A stretch of DNA of 64,000 nucleotides from a bacterium (GCA_963693055.1 OY843751.1:320001-384000); one strand, 5' to 3'; positions 42,822-53,698 are shown, counted from the first letter of the stretch. Numbers and translations: made by a program. Notes: generated by a model from the letters alone, not told the origin.

Positions 42822-43495
42822 GCGGTTTTGGCGCGCGCTACCACGATCCGGTCGACGGGCGGTTTATCAGTATTGATCCCATGGCAATGAAATACCCTGG
42901 ATTGACACCTTTTCACTATTGTTCAAATAATCCGGTAAATCGAATTGATCCAAGTGGCGAAAATGATAAATCTGCTATGTTAGAAGCCGGTATAAAGACA
43001 GTAGGAGGTGGTTTAACTTATGCTGCTGGATGGGCTCTACAAATTAAAGGAGTTGGAGTAACAATCGTTTCTGTAGATGGATTTTCAGCTCTTGGTGTTG
43101 GCTTGGTAGTTGGCGGTGAAGCATTGAAAGTCGCTGGAGGTTTTTCAGCAGCCACTGGAATTGCAGATTTTAGATTGGCAGCTAGCGTTCCTGATGGTAT
43201 TGATGCAAATGCAATCGGAAATCTCTCCTATGAAGTAGCTCAAGGAGCAGGCATTGAGGGTACTAAGCTGGAAATCATTGGACTTACGGAAGATATTTTA
43301 ACAGGTGGTAAAAATATTGGTAAGTTGGCTGTAGATGGTAGATCTTAAAAATTAATTGAAGCTCTTATTAATACTGCACAAATTACAGAGGATCTTCGAA
43401 ACTATATTATTGAAAGGGGAAAGCAAATTCAAGAAATAAAAGAAAAAAATGAACAAAGCGAACAATTGGAAGAAGATGACGAAGAAGAAAACTAA
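42822..43495 (+). pseudogene. Orphan Rhs core fragment plus C-terminal toxin domain with internal stop
   Basis: FGARYHDP..GRFISIDP...YCSNNPVNRIDPSG; in-frame TAA at 43346-43348 followed by 48 more sense codons. Confidence 0.8.
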
Positions 43496-43673
43496 GATAT
43501 AAATTATTCGGCAAACAATGGAGTTACTTATGATCATTAAAAGAGTATTGTCTATACTTTTTGATTTTTTTAGTTCTTTTTTGCCTGCTATTGCAGTTAA
43601 TTATGCAGGTGGTAATTTGGTTTTTTCATTTCTATTCTTTTTTATTATAACTCAAATTGGAGAATTATTTTTA

Positions 43674-44885
43674 GAAACCTCTGAAATATTATTAGAATCA
43701 AAGGTAATAATTTACTAATTTGCTGTATGATAAAAAAAACTGGAGTTTTACATGGGTCGCAATAGAATAAACAATGAAGACTTGTTTACCACAGCAGCAA
43801 ATGAAAATTTCAAAAAGCATATAAAAACCCAAAGCAAACAAGCTCTGGAAATTATCAAAGAAAAAATTGATTGGCAAAATTTACTTGAACCCATTGAAGA
43901 ACGTATTGAACAATCAAAAACCAGAAAATCAAATGCAGGCAAGCCGTCATTTGATTTGTTAGTTATTGTTCGTTGTTTTTTATTACAACGTATCTATGGT
44001 TTATCCGATCCTCGCCTGGAAGAAGAGATTGCGGATCGACGTAGTTTTCAATTGTTTCTGGAACTGACCAGTGCGGATGCAATCCCTGACGAAACCACTA
44101 TCTGCCGATATCGTGAACTATTTGCCCGTCTTGGTCTTGATAAAATACTGTTCCGGCAATTCAACAAACAGCTTGAAAAAATGGGTCTGATCGTTGGCAA
44201 AGGAACACTTGTTGATGCAACTATAAAACAAGCACAAGCGAAACCAGGAAGCAAGCGTGATCGTGATGCAGATTTCACAAAGAAACGTGGCAAAACGCAT
44301 TATGGCTACAAAGGCCATATTGGTACAGATTTGGACAGTGATATTATTCATTCTGTAGAGTTTACCAGCGCAAGTATTCACGACACAAATCTTTTTCCGG
44401 ATCTGATAACAGAAAAAGAAAATGCGGTGTTCGCAGATAAAGGTTACACGAACAAAGCCCGCAAGTGCAACCTGCGAGGCAAAGGAGTCTATTGCGGCAT
44501 TCTTGATAAAGGATATAGAAACCGAAATTTGACATCAAAGCAGGTAAAAAGAAATAAGCAATTATCTAAAGTTCGGAATGCAGTTGAAAGACCGTTTGCC
44601 TTTATGAAGCAAGTATTAGATTATGATCGGTGCAGTTATTATGATATGGGCCGAAATCGTTTTGAATTTGTGATTGCAGCATGGGTTTATAATATCAGGC
44701 GTATGGTTACATTAACCACTTGAGCCATTTCGTAGGTATATAACCTATGTATTAGAGTAATGATAGTAAATTTTGTCAAAGAACAATTTTAAATGTTATA
44801 GATTTTATAAATATTTCATTCTCTTTGGAAAATTGAACTCAATTTATTAGTTCAATATGAAAAAATCCAATATTTCAGATGTTTC
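43674..44885 (+). mobile_element. IS5-family insertion sequence
   Basis: Terminal IRs gaaacctctgaaatatt / aatatttcagatgtttc (1 mismatch); flanking direct repeat TTTTA. Confidence 0.92.
43752..44723 (+). CDS. IS5 family DDE transposase
   Basis: LQRIYGLSDP..EE, IPDETTICRYR, VDATI, YGYKGH, ADKGY, R.AVERPF. Confidence 0.95.
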   Translation: MGRNRINNEDLFTTAANENFKKHIKTQSKQALEIIKEKIDWQNLLEPIEERIEQSKTRKSNAGKPSFDLLVIVRCFLLQRIYGLSDPRLEEEIADRRSFQLFLELTSADAIPDETTICRYRELFARLGLDKILFRQFNKQLEKMGLIVGKGTLVDATIKQAQAKPGSKRDRDADFTKKRGKTHYGYKGHIGTDLDSDIIHSVEFTSASIHDTNLFPDLITEKENAVFADKGYTNKARKCNLRGKGVYCGILDKGYRNRNLTSKQVKRNKQLSKVRNAVERPFAFMKQVLDYDRCSYYDMGRNRFEFVIAAWVYNIRRMVTLTT

Positions 44886-45188
44886 TTTTAATTAAAATCG
44901 TAATGGTCATTGGGATTCCTATAAATAGAATTGCCAATAGTATCCGGACCAGGAAAAACGGTTGTTTTGCAGAGTTGATTTCAGCATTCATTTTTAACAT
45001 CCTTCTGGTTGGTTAATTTTCTTTTATATCATATTGTTTTCTCCTCAGGAAACCTATAGGACTTTTTTCTCATTCATGCTCTTTGAACTAGGCCTTTTGT
45101 CTTATATTCAGAATGAAAAGCTTAATTGGTGCTTGAATTAAAGAGAACATTTGTATATTTTCTTTTTATATGAACAAAAGGAAGAGGA

Positions 45189-46121
45189 ATGGCAGACCAT
45201 TACAAGATTTTTATAGCCCTGGTTAACCTGATGGCGGGTTCTGCAATTTTTATATATACCCACAATGTGCAAAAAACATTTTCTTTTTCATACATCAGGC
45301 ATGTAAAGCATTATATTGTTTATTATAATATTCTGATATTTTTATTGCTGGTTACAAAGTATTATGATGTGAATGTATCACTGGAGGCATTGTCTGGTTA
45401 TATACCAGTGATGGTCAAGTTTGTTGAGCTGATCTTTTCTTTGACTTTTATTGGGATGGCTTTTGCAGTTTTCAGTTTTTATAATGGCATTCGGGGAAGG
45501 AAAGTTAATCATAAAATTATAAAGTTTATCAGGGTTTTTTTGATATTAACTGTTTTCGGTTATATTGTTTACATATTTATAAATCCGCAAACAGCTGCGT
45601 ATAAATGGATTTCTATTGTTCTTGAATCGATTGGTGATCTGTTTTTTATTCTTCAGGTAGTTATTTTGACCGCAATGTTTTTGTATTCGAAACGGATTGA
45701 GAATCCGCTTGAGGCAAAGATGGTGCGTTTTTATCCTGTTTTGTATTTTATTGGATTTGTTTCGTTTTTCATTCTTTACCTGCTGCCGGCAGGATTCCGT
45801 TTGTATCTTTTATTCCCTTTGTTATTCTATTGCAATATTATTCCTGTGATCTGGTTGCGATTCTATTTTTTGAGGTTTGCCCAAGATAGTTTGGTTATCG
45901 TGTTTGATAACGATTTGAGAGATACTATATTTAAAAAATATAATATTTCAAAGCGGGAGCAGGAAATTATTGAATTGCTGTTAGAGGGTAACAGCAACAA
46001 AGAAATTACACAAAAGCTGTTTATTTCATTACATACGGTTAAAAACCATATCTATAATATCTATCAAAAAATGGGGATTAAAAGCCGTTATCAGTTATTA
46101 AATATGTTTATACAAAAATAA
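45189..46121 (+). CDS. Membrane-anchored LuxR-type HTH regulator
   Basis: About 7 TM segments, then ISKREQEII.LL..G.SNKEI..KLFIS.HTVKNHI. Confidence 0.88.
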   Translation: MADHYKIFIALVNLMAGSAIFIYTHNVQKTFSFSYIRHVKHYIVYYNILIFLLLVTKYYDVNVSLEALSGYIPVMVKFVELIFSLTFIGMAFAVFSFYNGIRGRKVNHKIIKFIRVFLILTVFGYIVYIFINPQTAAYKWISIVLESIGDLFFILQVVILTAMFLYSKRIENPLEAKMVRFYPVLYFIGFVSFFILYLLPAGFRLYLLFPLLFYCNIIPVIWLRFYFLRFAQDSLVIVFDNDLRDTIFKKYNISKREQEIIELLLEGNSNKEITQKLFISLHTVKNHIYNIYQKMGIKSRYQLLNMFIQK

Positions 46122-46139
46122 ATTTTAAATATGCTGGGC

Positions 46140-46592
46140 TCAATATCCCAATTGAGTCTGGGTTGGCCAGTTTACATACAATAATGCAACAAGTACTGCT
46201 AAATTGATAACAATATTGCCAATTTTATGGGGAAATAGCAGTATGAACGCATTCCAGTAAAGAAATATCGCCCACAATGAAATAACAGCCGAAATGATTA
46301 AAATCCTTCTCCAAAGATCTATTGGAATGAGTAAACCATTCATTGAAAAGGTACCACAAATAAATCCCGTAAAAGCAGCTACAAATAAAATTGCTGCAAT
46401 GATTCTGGAGACAGATGAACCCAGTAAATCTGTCAAGAGCCATGAATTCGCGGACCAGTTTTTAGCCCAATCGGGTCCTTTGGCACTGCCTACACCAAAT
46501 AACCCCAAGGCCGGGATAGCGCCCATGAGTTGTCCCACACCATGAAATACCAATATTGCAGTAATGGTCAATCGTAAAACTATCGGTGACAT
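46140..46592 (-). CDS. Hypothetical membrane protein
   Basis: About 4 hydrophobic segments; AGGGG RBS. Confidence 0.75.
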   Translation of the reverse strand: MSPIVLRLTITAILVFHGVGQLMGAIPALGLFGVGSAKGPDWAKNWSANSWLLTDLLGSSVSRIIAAILFVAAFTGFICGTFSMNGLLIPIDLWRRILIISAVISLWAIFLYWNAFILLFPHKIGNIVINLAVLVALLYVNWPTQTQLGY

Positions 46593-46771
46593 GTATTACC
46601 CCTTTTCCTGATGATTTGAATATTTAAAAATAAATGAATTTGGGCAATTCTGCAAGGGATTTTAATATTTGTTGTAATATGCATCAATATGATAAATTAA
46701 AAGTCGTTTCCGAAATAACCTGAACCTCATTCATGTTGTAACATTTTATCAGGTAAAGGAGAGGAGAATGT

Positions 46772-48988
46772 ATGAGACGTTCAATCATATGGGGATTGGG
46801 GTTATTACTGATATTTACCATGCAGGGATTGACAACCAATGTGGTATCTGAAGGTGTCTTAGCAAGATACTATTATGTGGATGAACCGAATGAAATACAG
46901 TTTGTTGCCAGTAATGACAGCAATTTTACCGCTGATAAATATACGGCAACGGTAACGGTTAAGGACAAACAGGGTAATGTTGTCTTTGATGATGAGGTGG
47001 AAGGTACAGACCTGAAACCGTATACCAAAGATACACTATCTACCCAAATTAAATGGACGCCCACACTGACCGGTTATTATGATCTTTCCGTAAAACTGGA
47101 TTTTGAATGGGAAGTTTATCCGGAAGATAATGAGAAAACGGTCGAGGTGCCGGTCATTATAAGCCGGTCAACTGCCGCATCTGTGTTAAACAGTTATCTG
47201 CCATCGTTATTCACTGACCTTGAAAAGGTGTGGGCATTTATGCCGCAGGAACCTTTACAGCCGGGTGATAAACTGGAATCTTTTGATACTCGCGAGTTTT
47301 CAGTATCGCTCGATTCGTGGAAATATTTGGGCTGGGTAGACTGGGGCAAGGATTTTAACTTTGCTCATCCGGGATATTATGTAACCATTGACGCTTTTGA
47401 TTCTTCAAAAGTGGATACGAATTATATCAACTGGTACCCTAAAATCAATGGATTGACATATCTGGGAGATTATGACGAACGAATCAATAGCGATGACCGG
47501 GTGTATGGTACGGATCCTGAACAGACTGTGGAAACGGATACGGAAACCATAACCGATCAGTCATCTACCTCTGCTACGGGTGATTCAATTTGTGTACTGC
47601 TGGTAACCGGTAGTGAAGATTCAGACAGAGAACGGGAAGCCCGGCAGTTTAATATTGATGTTATTCGAAATAATTTGATGAATGAAAGTCTGGGAGTAAA
47701 CCTCCCGGAATCCAGTTTTGAAACGTTACGGAATCCCACGAGACAGCAGATTATTGATAAAATTCGTTCAATGAAGGACAAATGCAAAGCGGTTTATTTT
47801 TATTATACAGGCCATGGCTGGGATGGCGGCATGTGCACCAGCGATACCGCAAATGCCTGGATTGGATATTGGGACCTTGCCAATGAGCTATACGATACCA
47901 ATGCACAAGATATTAATGTAATACTGGATACCTGCCACTCGGGATCCGCAATAGAGTGGTTTGATAGCTATCGAAAGCGGGACCGTAATGTTACGGTTTT
48001 GACATCGTGCACCGCGGATACATTGTCCTGGCGGTATGTGATACAGAATGACGGAAACGGCGATGCTATCTGGGGCAGCTTTTTTACCTGGGCCTGGGTG
48101 AAATGTTATGGCGATCCTGCTGCTGATGCAAACAATGATGGTATGGTTTCGTTGGTAGAGGCGTTTGACTGTGTTCGGGCCGCGAATCCCGAGCTGGATG
48201 GGGATCATATCAACACACTGATGAATCCGCAGCGATTTACACATCGGGCGGTGGTACCTCCAGCCGAGCCGGAGCAGCCGGTTACGGTGCCGGACTCTGA
48301 TTTGCGAATTACGGCAAACGATTACAACGAATATGATCTGGATATGGGCGTAACAGTCAAGACTTATGGTTATGATGATGAATTTTATGTGGAACCCTAT
48401 GGCGGCGGTATTACCGGACTGGGCACGTACAAGTATTACAATACGGAATATTATTTTACTCCCGCTGATGTGGAGGATTATACCAAATATACCCTCGAGT
48501 TCAAGTACACACTGGGACTCGATGTCTATACCTTGAATGCTAAACTGGGGCTGGTGTATCGTGACAGTTCCGATTCAAAATGGAATGTTTGGGAGAAATC
48601 AGAAATCGATACCAGCAAGCAGACGGTATATGGCTATGATATCAACAAGGACGGATACTGGGCGCTGGGCACCATAACGCTGGAGACCGCTGTTGATGGC
48701 AGTGAACAAATCGTTGCGGCACCCCTGGGGTACCGGTTGGAACAGAATTATCCCAATCCTTTTAACCCTGCTACAAAGATCATGTACAGTATTCCATCAA
48801 GACAGCATGTCAAACTGGCGGTATATGATATAACAGGTCGTACCGTTGCGTTGTTATTTGAAGGGGTTCAGGATGCGGGCATACATCAACTGGGATTTGA
48901 CGCATCTGCTTTGTCATCCGGAACATATTTTGTGCGCATTGAAAGCGGGGATTACACCGCGATTCGAAAGATGGTATATGTGAGATGA
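46772..48988 (+). CDS. Secreted clan CD (caspase/legumain-like) peptidase-domain protein with T9SS/FlgD-type CTD
   Basis: YFYYTGHG, VILDTCHSG; N-terminal CARDB-like domain; QNYPNPFNP...KMVYVR. Confidence 0.8.
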   Translation: MRRSIIWGLGLLLIFTMQGLTTNVVSEGVLARYYYVDEPNEIQFVASNDSNFTADKYTATVTVKDKQGNVVFDDEVEGTDLKPYTKDTLSTQIKWTPTLTGYYDLSVKLDFEWEVYPEDNEKTVEVPVIISRSTAASVLNSYLPSLFTDLEKVWAFMPQEPLQPGDKLESFDTREFSVSLDSWKYLGWVDWGKDFNFAHPGYYVTIDAFDSSKVDTNYINWYPKINGLTYLGDYDERINSDDRVYGTDPEQTVETDTETITDQSSTSATGDSICVLLVTGSEDSDREREARQFNIDVIRNNLMNESLGVNLPESSFETLRNPTRQQIIDKIRSMKDKCKAVYFYYTGHGWDGGMCTSDTANAWIGYWDLANELYDTNAQDINVILDTCHSGSAIEWFDSYRKRDRNVTVLTSCTADTLSWRYVIQNDGNGDAIWGSFFTWAWVKCYGDPAADANNDGMVSLVEAFDCVRAANPELDGDHINTLMNPQRFTHRAVVPPAEPEQPVTVPDSDLRITANDYNEYDLDMGVTVKTYGYDDEFYVEPYGGGITGLGTYKYYNTEYYFTPADVEDYTKYTLEFKYTLGLDVYTLNAKLGLVYRDSSDSKWNVWEKSEIDTSKQTVYGYDINKDGYWALGTITLETAVDGSEQIVAAPLGYRLEQNYPNPFNPATKIMYSIPSRQHVKLAVYDITGRTVALLFEGVQDAGIHQLGFDASALSSGTYFVRIESGDYTAIRKMVYVR

Positions 48989-48992
48989 AAAT

Positions 48993-49023
48993 AAAAAAGG
49001 GCGGTCAAGGGTCGCCCTTTTTT
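48993..49023. terminator. Bidirectional terminator
   Basis: aaaaaagggcg...cgccctttttt between convergent genes. Confidence 0.75.
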
Positions 49024-49026
49024 GTT

Positions 49027-49989
49027 TCAATCCATTTTTATCACCAATTTCCCCCGAATCCTTTCACCCTTTTCCATTGTGGTAATGGATTCCACGGCGC
49101 TATTCAATGGGACGGTTTTACCAATGACGGGTTTCAGAATGCCTTGTTCCGCCAACTCTGCAAGCTTGAGTAGACGTTCACGCTTGCCTAGGGTGTTGAA
49201 TACGGTATAGGATTTGTTGGAAATCAAGGATGTCAACAAGGCCAATGGTAATCCGGAAGTGGGGATAATATGTATAAATGTTCCTCCCGGTTTGAGGATC
49301 TTCAGGCATTTGCTGAAAGAGAGTGTTCCCGGTGTATCGAAAATGATATCAAAAGGGTGGGATAAATTATATGCGGATTTGCTCCGGTAATCATAAACCT
49401 CGTCGCAGCCCAATTGTTTTGCATCTTCCATGTCGTAACTGCCGCAGAATCCGGTCACTTTTGCACCGGATCCTTTCGCAATCTGTACGGCCATGTGTCC
49501 CACGCCACCCATACAACCGTTCACCAGTACATCCATACCTGACGCAAGGTGGGCTTTGTCGAAAAAGGCCTTGAGTACCGTACTGCCGGCTACACCAAAA
49601 CAGGCGGTTTGTTCAAAGGAGACACTGTCCGGGATGGGTACAGTCAATTCCGCATCCACAGCCACATACTCGGCAAAAGTGCCGCTGTTGCGGTAATCGG
49701 CCCAGCCGAACATCCGGTCTCCCGGATTCAGACCGGTTACATTGCTGCCGGTTTGTTCAACGATACCGCTAAAGTCTATACCCATCTGCCGGGGGAATCT
49801 GCTGCGGGTCACAAACCGCACGAGTCCGGACCTCAATTTGAGGTCCACCGGATTTACGGACGCGGCCTTGACGCGTACCAGCACCTGGTTACTTTTTGGA
49901 ATCGGAGTGGGGACTTCACCGAGGTGCATGACCTCGGGGCCGCCGTATCGATTATAGAGAATGGATTTCATAGAATAATACGCTTTCAA
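49027..49989 (-). CDS. NAD(P)-dependent MDR oxidoreductase (quinone reductase-like)
   Basis: YGGPEV, VKAASVNPVD, G.DFSG.V, G..GGVG; start may be 49971. Confidence 0.9.
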   Translation of the reverse strand: MKAYYSMKSILYNRYGGPEVMHLGEVPTPIPKSNQVLVRVKAASVNPVDLKLRSGLVRFVTRSRFPRQMGIDFSGIVEQTGSNVTGLNPGDRMFGWADYRNSGTFAEYVAVDAELTVPIPDSVSFEQTACFGVAGSTVLKAFFDKAHLASGMDVLVNGCMGGVGHMAVQIAKGSGAKVTGFCGSYDMEDAKQLGCDEVYDYRSKSAYNLSHPFDIIFDTPGTLSFSKCLKILKPGGTFIHIIPTSGLPLALLTSLISNKSYTVFNTLGKRERLLKLAELAEQGILKPVIGKTVPLNSAVESITTMEKGERIRGKLVIKMD

Positions 49990-50178
49990 TTGTTTTAATG
50001 GGAAAACAAAATTGTTCAGGGGTTATTCCATTTCATTACTTGAAAAAACAGAGGATTGTGGATTGTAAACAATTATCATATTTTAATATTCGGATATCAA
50101 ATATTTTGGAATATTAAAATAAAATTTTATATTATTGTCTCTCTTTACGTCAAATCAAAAAAAAATTGAGGAAAAATT

Positions 50179-52521
50179 ATGGGTAAATCGTTTTTCAGTT
50201 TCCTGATCATTGCATTGACCAGCACATTCTGCCTGGCCGGTGGTGGTCAAAAATCTGCTGTAGATTATGTCGATCCTTTTATTGGTACTGACTTTTTTGC
50301 ACATACCTACCCCGGGGCAGTTGTTCCGTTCAGTATGGTGCAATTGAGTCCTGATACCTATAACCAGGGTTGGACCTATTGTTCCGGTTATCAGTCCAAG
50401 GATTTTTCACTGATGGGATTCAGCCATACCCATCTTTCCGGAACCGGCGGCGCGGAAATGGGTGATATTCTGATCATGCCTACTACCGGACAAAAACTTT
50501 TTGTTGTACCCGGTACGCGTGAAAATCCTGATGAAGGGTACCGTTCCCGTTTCAGCCATGATCGTGAATGGGCAACTCCCGGTTATTACGCGGTTGATTT
50601 GCTGGATTACGGCATAAAAGCAGAGCTGACTGCAACAAAACGTGTGGGAGTTCACCGCTATACTTTTCCCAAAAGTGAAAATGCCCATATCATTATGGAT
50701 CTGACCCATGTGATTGGTGGTGCTCCTGAAGCTCCATCTCATGTAGAGTTTGTAAATAATTACAAAATGCAGGGTTGGAAGCAAGGTTCAACTGTTAAAG
50801 TGTATTTTGTTGCCGAGTTCAGCAAACCTTTTGCAGCTTTTGGCACTTGGGACACCTCTTACGATATGCCGGAATCCGATGAAGATCTGTATCCTTATCA
50901 CACGCACGAAACCGGTAATGCAATTGGTGCATTTGTCAATTATGTGACAACCGAAGGTGAACAGGTTGTTGTCAAAGTTGCAATTTCTTATGTAAGTGTA
51001 GAAGGCGCACAGAAAAATTTGGATGCCGAAGTTCCCCATTGGGATTTTGAACAGGTCCGTTATGAGGCCCGTGAAACCTGGGCAAAAGCATTGTCTGCCA
51101 TTGATATTCAAGGCGGAACTGAAGATCAGAAACAGATCTTTTATACCGGATTGTATCATTCATTACTACCCCAGTACATCAGTTCGGATGTAGATGGTAA
51201 ATATGTAGGTATGGATGGCAGTATTCAGACCGCAAAAGATTTCGAGTTTTTCCCCACATTTCTGGCCTGGGATACGTTTCGTTCAGAACATCCATTGATT
51301 ACCCTGGTAGCTCCCGAATATGTGGATGATATTGTAAAATCCATTGAATCCAAAGTCAGAACATATGGCTGGCTGCCGGCACAGCATACACGTAACCAGT
51401 TCCAACAGGGCATGGTGGGTGACCACCTGGTGCCTATTGTGGTAGATGCCTATATGAAGGGTTTTCGTGATTTTGATGTAGAGTTTTTGTACAATGCCAT
51501 GAAAGCCAAGGCGACTACAGAGGCGCCATCCAAATATCCCAGCGATCACAGTCGCTCCGGTATCGATTATACCAACAAGTTGGGGTATGCTCCGTGCGAT
51601 CGTATTACAGAATCGGTTTCCAATACTCTTGAATTTGCCTATAACGACTGGTGTCTGGCGCAGATGGCCAAAGAGATGGGCAAGATGGATGATTATGAAA
51701 TGTTTATGAAAAAAGCCGGAAATTATAAAAATGTGTGGGATTCAGAAACACGTTTTATGCGTCCGCGCAAAGTGAATGGTGATTTTCTTGAATTAAAAAC
51801 TGATAAACAGGAAATTAAACATTACAAAGACCATTCTTATTTTGGCTATTTTGATCCATTTTTGATTGGCCGCAGACCCAATCGCCACTATTCAGAATCT
51901 GATGCATGGGATTATCTCTGGTTTGTTCCGCATGATCCCAAAGGACTTGTTAATTTGTTTGGCAGTCAAGATGCTTTTATTGCCAAGCTGGATAGCCACT
52001 TTACCATAAGTCCTGAAGTTTCTTTTCCGAAATATGTCGGTGTTGTGGGTACCTATGGTCAATATGTTCATGGTAACCAGCCTGCTCATCATGTGGCCTA
52101 TATGTATGATTACGCGGGCCAGCCCTGGAAAACCCAAATGCGTACCCGTCACATCATGGACTTTTTGTATCGCACCGGTCGTGCCGGTATCTGCGGTAAT
52201 GATGATATGGGTTCATTATCATCATGGTATGTGTTGAGCGCAATGGGATTTTACCCTGTTAGTCCCGGCTCTAACGAATATGCTATCGGTTCACCCTTGT
52301 TTGATAAAGCAACAATCAATCTTGGTGCACCATACAGTGGTAAGGAATTTACAGTCAAGGCTGTAAATGTTTCTGCAGAGAATAAATACATCCAGTCCGC
52401 AAAACTGAATGGCAGAGACCTGAATAAAGCAATTCTTTCTCAGGAAGCCATTGCGAATGGCGGTACCCTGGAATTGATTATGGGACCCGATCCCAATAAA
52501 TCATGGGGTTTGGGAAAATAG
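50179..52521 (+). CDS. GH92 family alpha-mannosidase
   Basis: YVDPFIGT, PGAVVPFSMVQLSPD, GFSHTHLSGTG, WDTFRS.HP, HGNQP.HH, GNDDMGSLSSWY. Confidence 0.95.
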   Translation: MGKSFFSFLIIALTSTFCLAGGGQKSAVDYVDPFIGTDFFAHTYPGAVVPFSMVQLSPDTYNQGWTYCSGYQSKDFSLMGFSHTHLSGTGGAEMGDILIMPTTGQKLFVVPGTRENPDEGYRSRFSHDREWATPGYYAVDLLDYGIKAELTATKRVGVHRYTFPKSENAHIIMDLTHVIGGAPEAPSHVEFVNNYKMQGWKQGSTVKVYFVAEFSKPFAAFGTWDTSYDMPESDEDLYPYHTHETGNAIGAFVNYVTTEGEQVVVKVAISYVSVEGAQKNLDAEVPHWDFEQVRYEARETWAKALSAIDIQGGTEDQKQIFYTGLYHSLLPQYISSDVDGKYVGMDGSIQTAKDFEFFPTFLAWDTFRSEHPLITLVAPEYVDDIVKSIESKVRTYGWLPAQHTRNQFQQGMVGDHLVPIVVDAYMKGFRDFDVEFLYNAMKAKATTEAPSKYPSDHSRSGIDYTNKLGYAPCDRITESVSNTLEFAYNDWCLAQMAKEMGKMDDYEMFMKKAGNYKNVWDSETRFMRPRKVNGDFLELKTDKQEIKHYKDHSYFGYFDPFLIGRRPNRHYSESDAWDYLWFVPHDPKGLVNLFGSQDAFIAKLDSHFTISPEVSFPKYVGVVGTYGQYVHGNQPAHHVAYMYDYAGQPWKTQMRTRHIMDFLYRTGRAGICGNDDMGSLSSWYVLSAMGFYPVSPGSNEYAIGSPLFDKATINLGAPYSGKEFTVKAVNVSAENKYIQSAKLNGRDLNKAILSQEAIANGGTLELIMGPDPNKSWGLGK

Positions 52522-52542
52522 AGTTTTAATGGATTTCTTAAA

Positions 52543-52571
52543 GTAGGGAACGGTCTTAGACCGTTCCCTAC
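52543..52571. repeat. GTAG-type REP palindrome, copy 1
   Basis: gtagggaacggtct-t-agaccgttccctac. Confidence 0.92.
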
Positions 52572-52596
52572 AATTTATAAAGTATATGGGGTCTTT

Positions 52597-53133
52597 ATGA
52601 ACAGGGGTAGCAAATTTTTTTTATTCATTCTTTTTCTCTCTAGTGCTTGTATTAGTGATGAATTGGATGAAAGGATATCTTATATTTCGGATATGCCTTA
52701 TTGTCCTGAATATTCCGGTGATTCATTATATTGGGATATTGTTAAAGATGGCTTAGTGATAGTCCCTCAGTTGATCGATAAACTAAATGATAGCACAACC
52801 ACAGAGCTAATTGTACCACTTTGGGGTGGTTATTATACTGTTGCAGATATATCACATCTATTAATTTGGAATATCATACAGGATGTACCTATTCTCGATC
52901 TTGTCGGTTCCACACAAGAAGAAAGGGATCAAGATGGATATGGATGTTACTGGGCGTTTGTGAGGAAAGATTATCAGAATCGTATAATTCTTCAAAGTAG
53001 GATCAGACATTGGTTTGAGAAGAATAAGGACAATTTGGTATGGAAAAAAGAATTACGTGTTGTTGAACCAAACGATCGTATGTATCCTGTGAATCATCCG
53101 GCAGGAGGATATTTTATTTTAAAAGAAAAATGA
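52597..53133 (+). CDS. Hypothetical lipoprotein (REP-bracketed cargo)
   Basis: 178 aa, lipobox-like LSSAC. Confidence 0.75.
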   Translation: MNRGSKFFLFILFLSSACISDELDERISYISDMPYCPEYSGDSLYWDIVKDGLVIVPQLIDKLNDSTTTELIVPLWGGYYTVADISHLLIWNIIQDVPILDLVGSTQEERDQDGYGCYWAFVRKDYQNRIILQSRIRHWFEKNKDNLVWKKELRVVEPNDRMYPVNHPAGGYFILKEK

Positions 53134-53143
53134 AAATTTGCAA

Positions 53144-53172
53144 GTAGGGAACGGTCTCAGACCGTTCCCTAC
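53144..53172. repeat. GTAG-type REP palindrome, copy 2
   Basis: gtagggaacggtct-c-agaccgttccctac. Confidence 0.92.
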
Positions 53173-53197
53173 AATTGTGAATTTTAATGGGGGTGTT

Positions 53198-53698
53198 TTG
53201 AATTATAGAGATAGGAAATTACAACGTCTTCCCGGATATGACTATACTCAAGATGGCAAATATTTTGTAACCTTTTGTGTTAAAGATAAACGATGTATCT
53301 TGGGCCAAGTGAAAAATGGATTTATGGAGTTGAATAAATTTGGAATGATTGTATATGACTGTTACCTTGATTTATTAAATCATTATGAAAATTGTTTACC
53401 CCAAGATTATATAATAATGCCTAATCATGTGCACTGTGTCATAAAAATTGATAATTCAAAAATTAAGATTCCGGATAATGCGAATGATCCTTTTTGCAGA
53501 TATGGTTTGTCTGAAATGGTCAGAGCTTGGAAGTCTTTTTCATCAAAACGGATAAATGAAAATTATGAGGACTATTTTAAATGGCAAAAGTCTTTTTATG
53601 ATCATATTATTCGTAATGAAAAAGAATTATATGCCATAAAAAAATATATAAAGAACAATCCTGGGAAATGGGATGAAGATAGATTCTTTTATGAATAG
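53198..53698 (+). CDS. REP-associated tyrosine transposase (RAYT, HUH Y1)
   Basis: RLPGYDY...YFVTFC, IMPNHVH, WQKSFYDHIIR, YIKNNP..W; flanked by REPs; TTG start after GGGGG. Confidence 0.93.
   Translation: MNYRDRKLQRLPGYDYTQDGKYFVTFCVKDKRCILGQVKNGFMELNKFGMIVYDCYLDLLNHYENCLPQDYIIMPNHVHCVIKIDNSKIKIPDNANDPFCRYGLSEMVRAWKSFSSKRINENYEDYFKWQKSFYDHIIRNEKELYAIKKYIKNNPGKWDEDRFFYE

Larger units (their letters stand above)
43518..45016 (+). pseudogene. Membrane protein gene (putative immunity) interrupted by IS5
   Basis: Removing the IS and one TTTTA copy restores a 93-codon hydrophobic ORF ending at TAA 45014-45016. Confidence 0.65.

Noticed and set aside
43346-43348. Stop-codon recoding in the Rhs fragment
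   Set aside because: TAA is used as a normal stop throughout and the context is a decaying pseudogene
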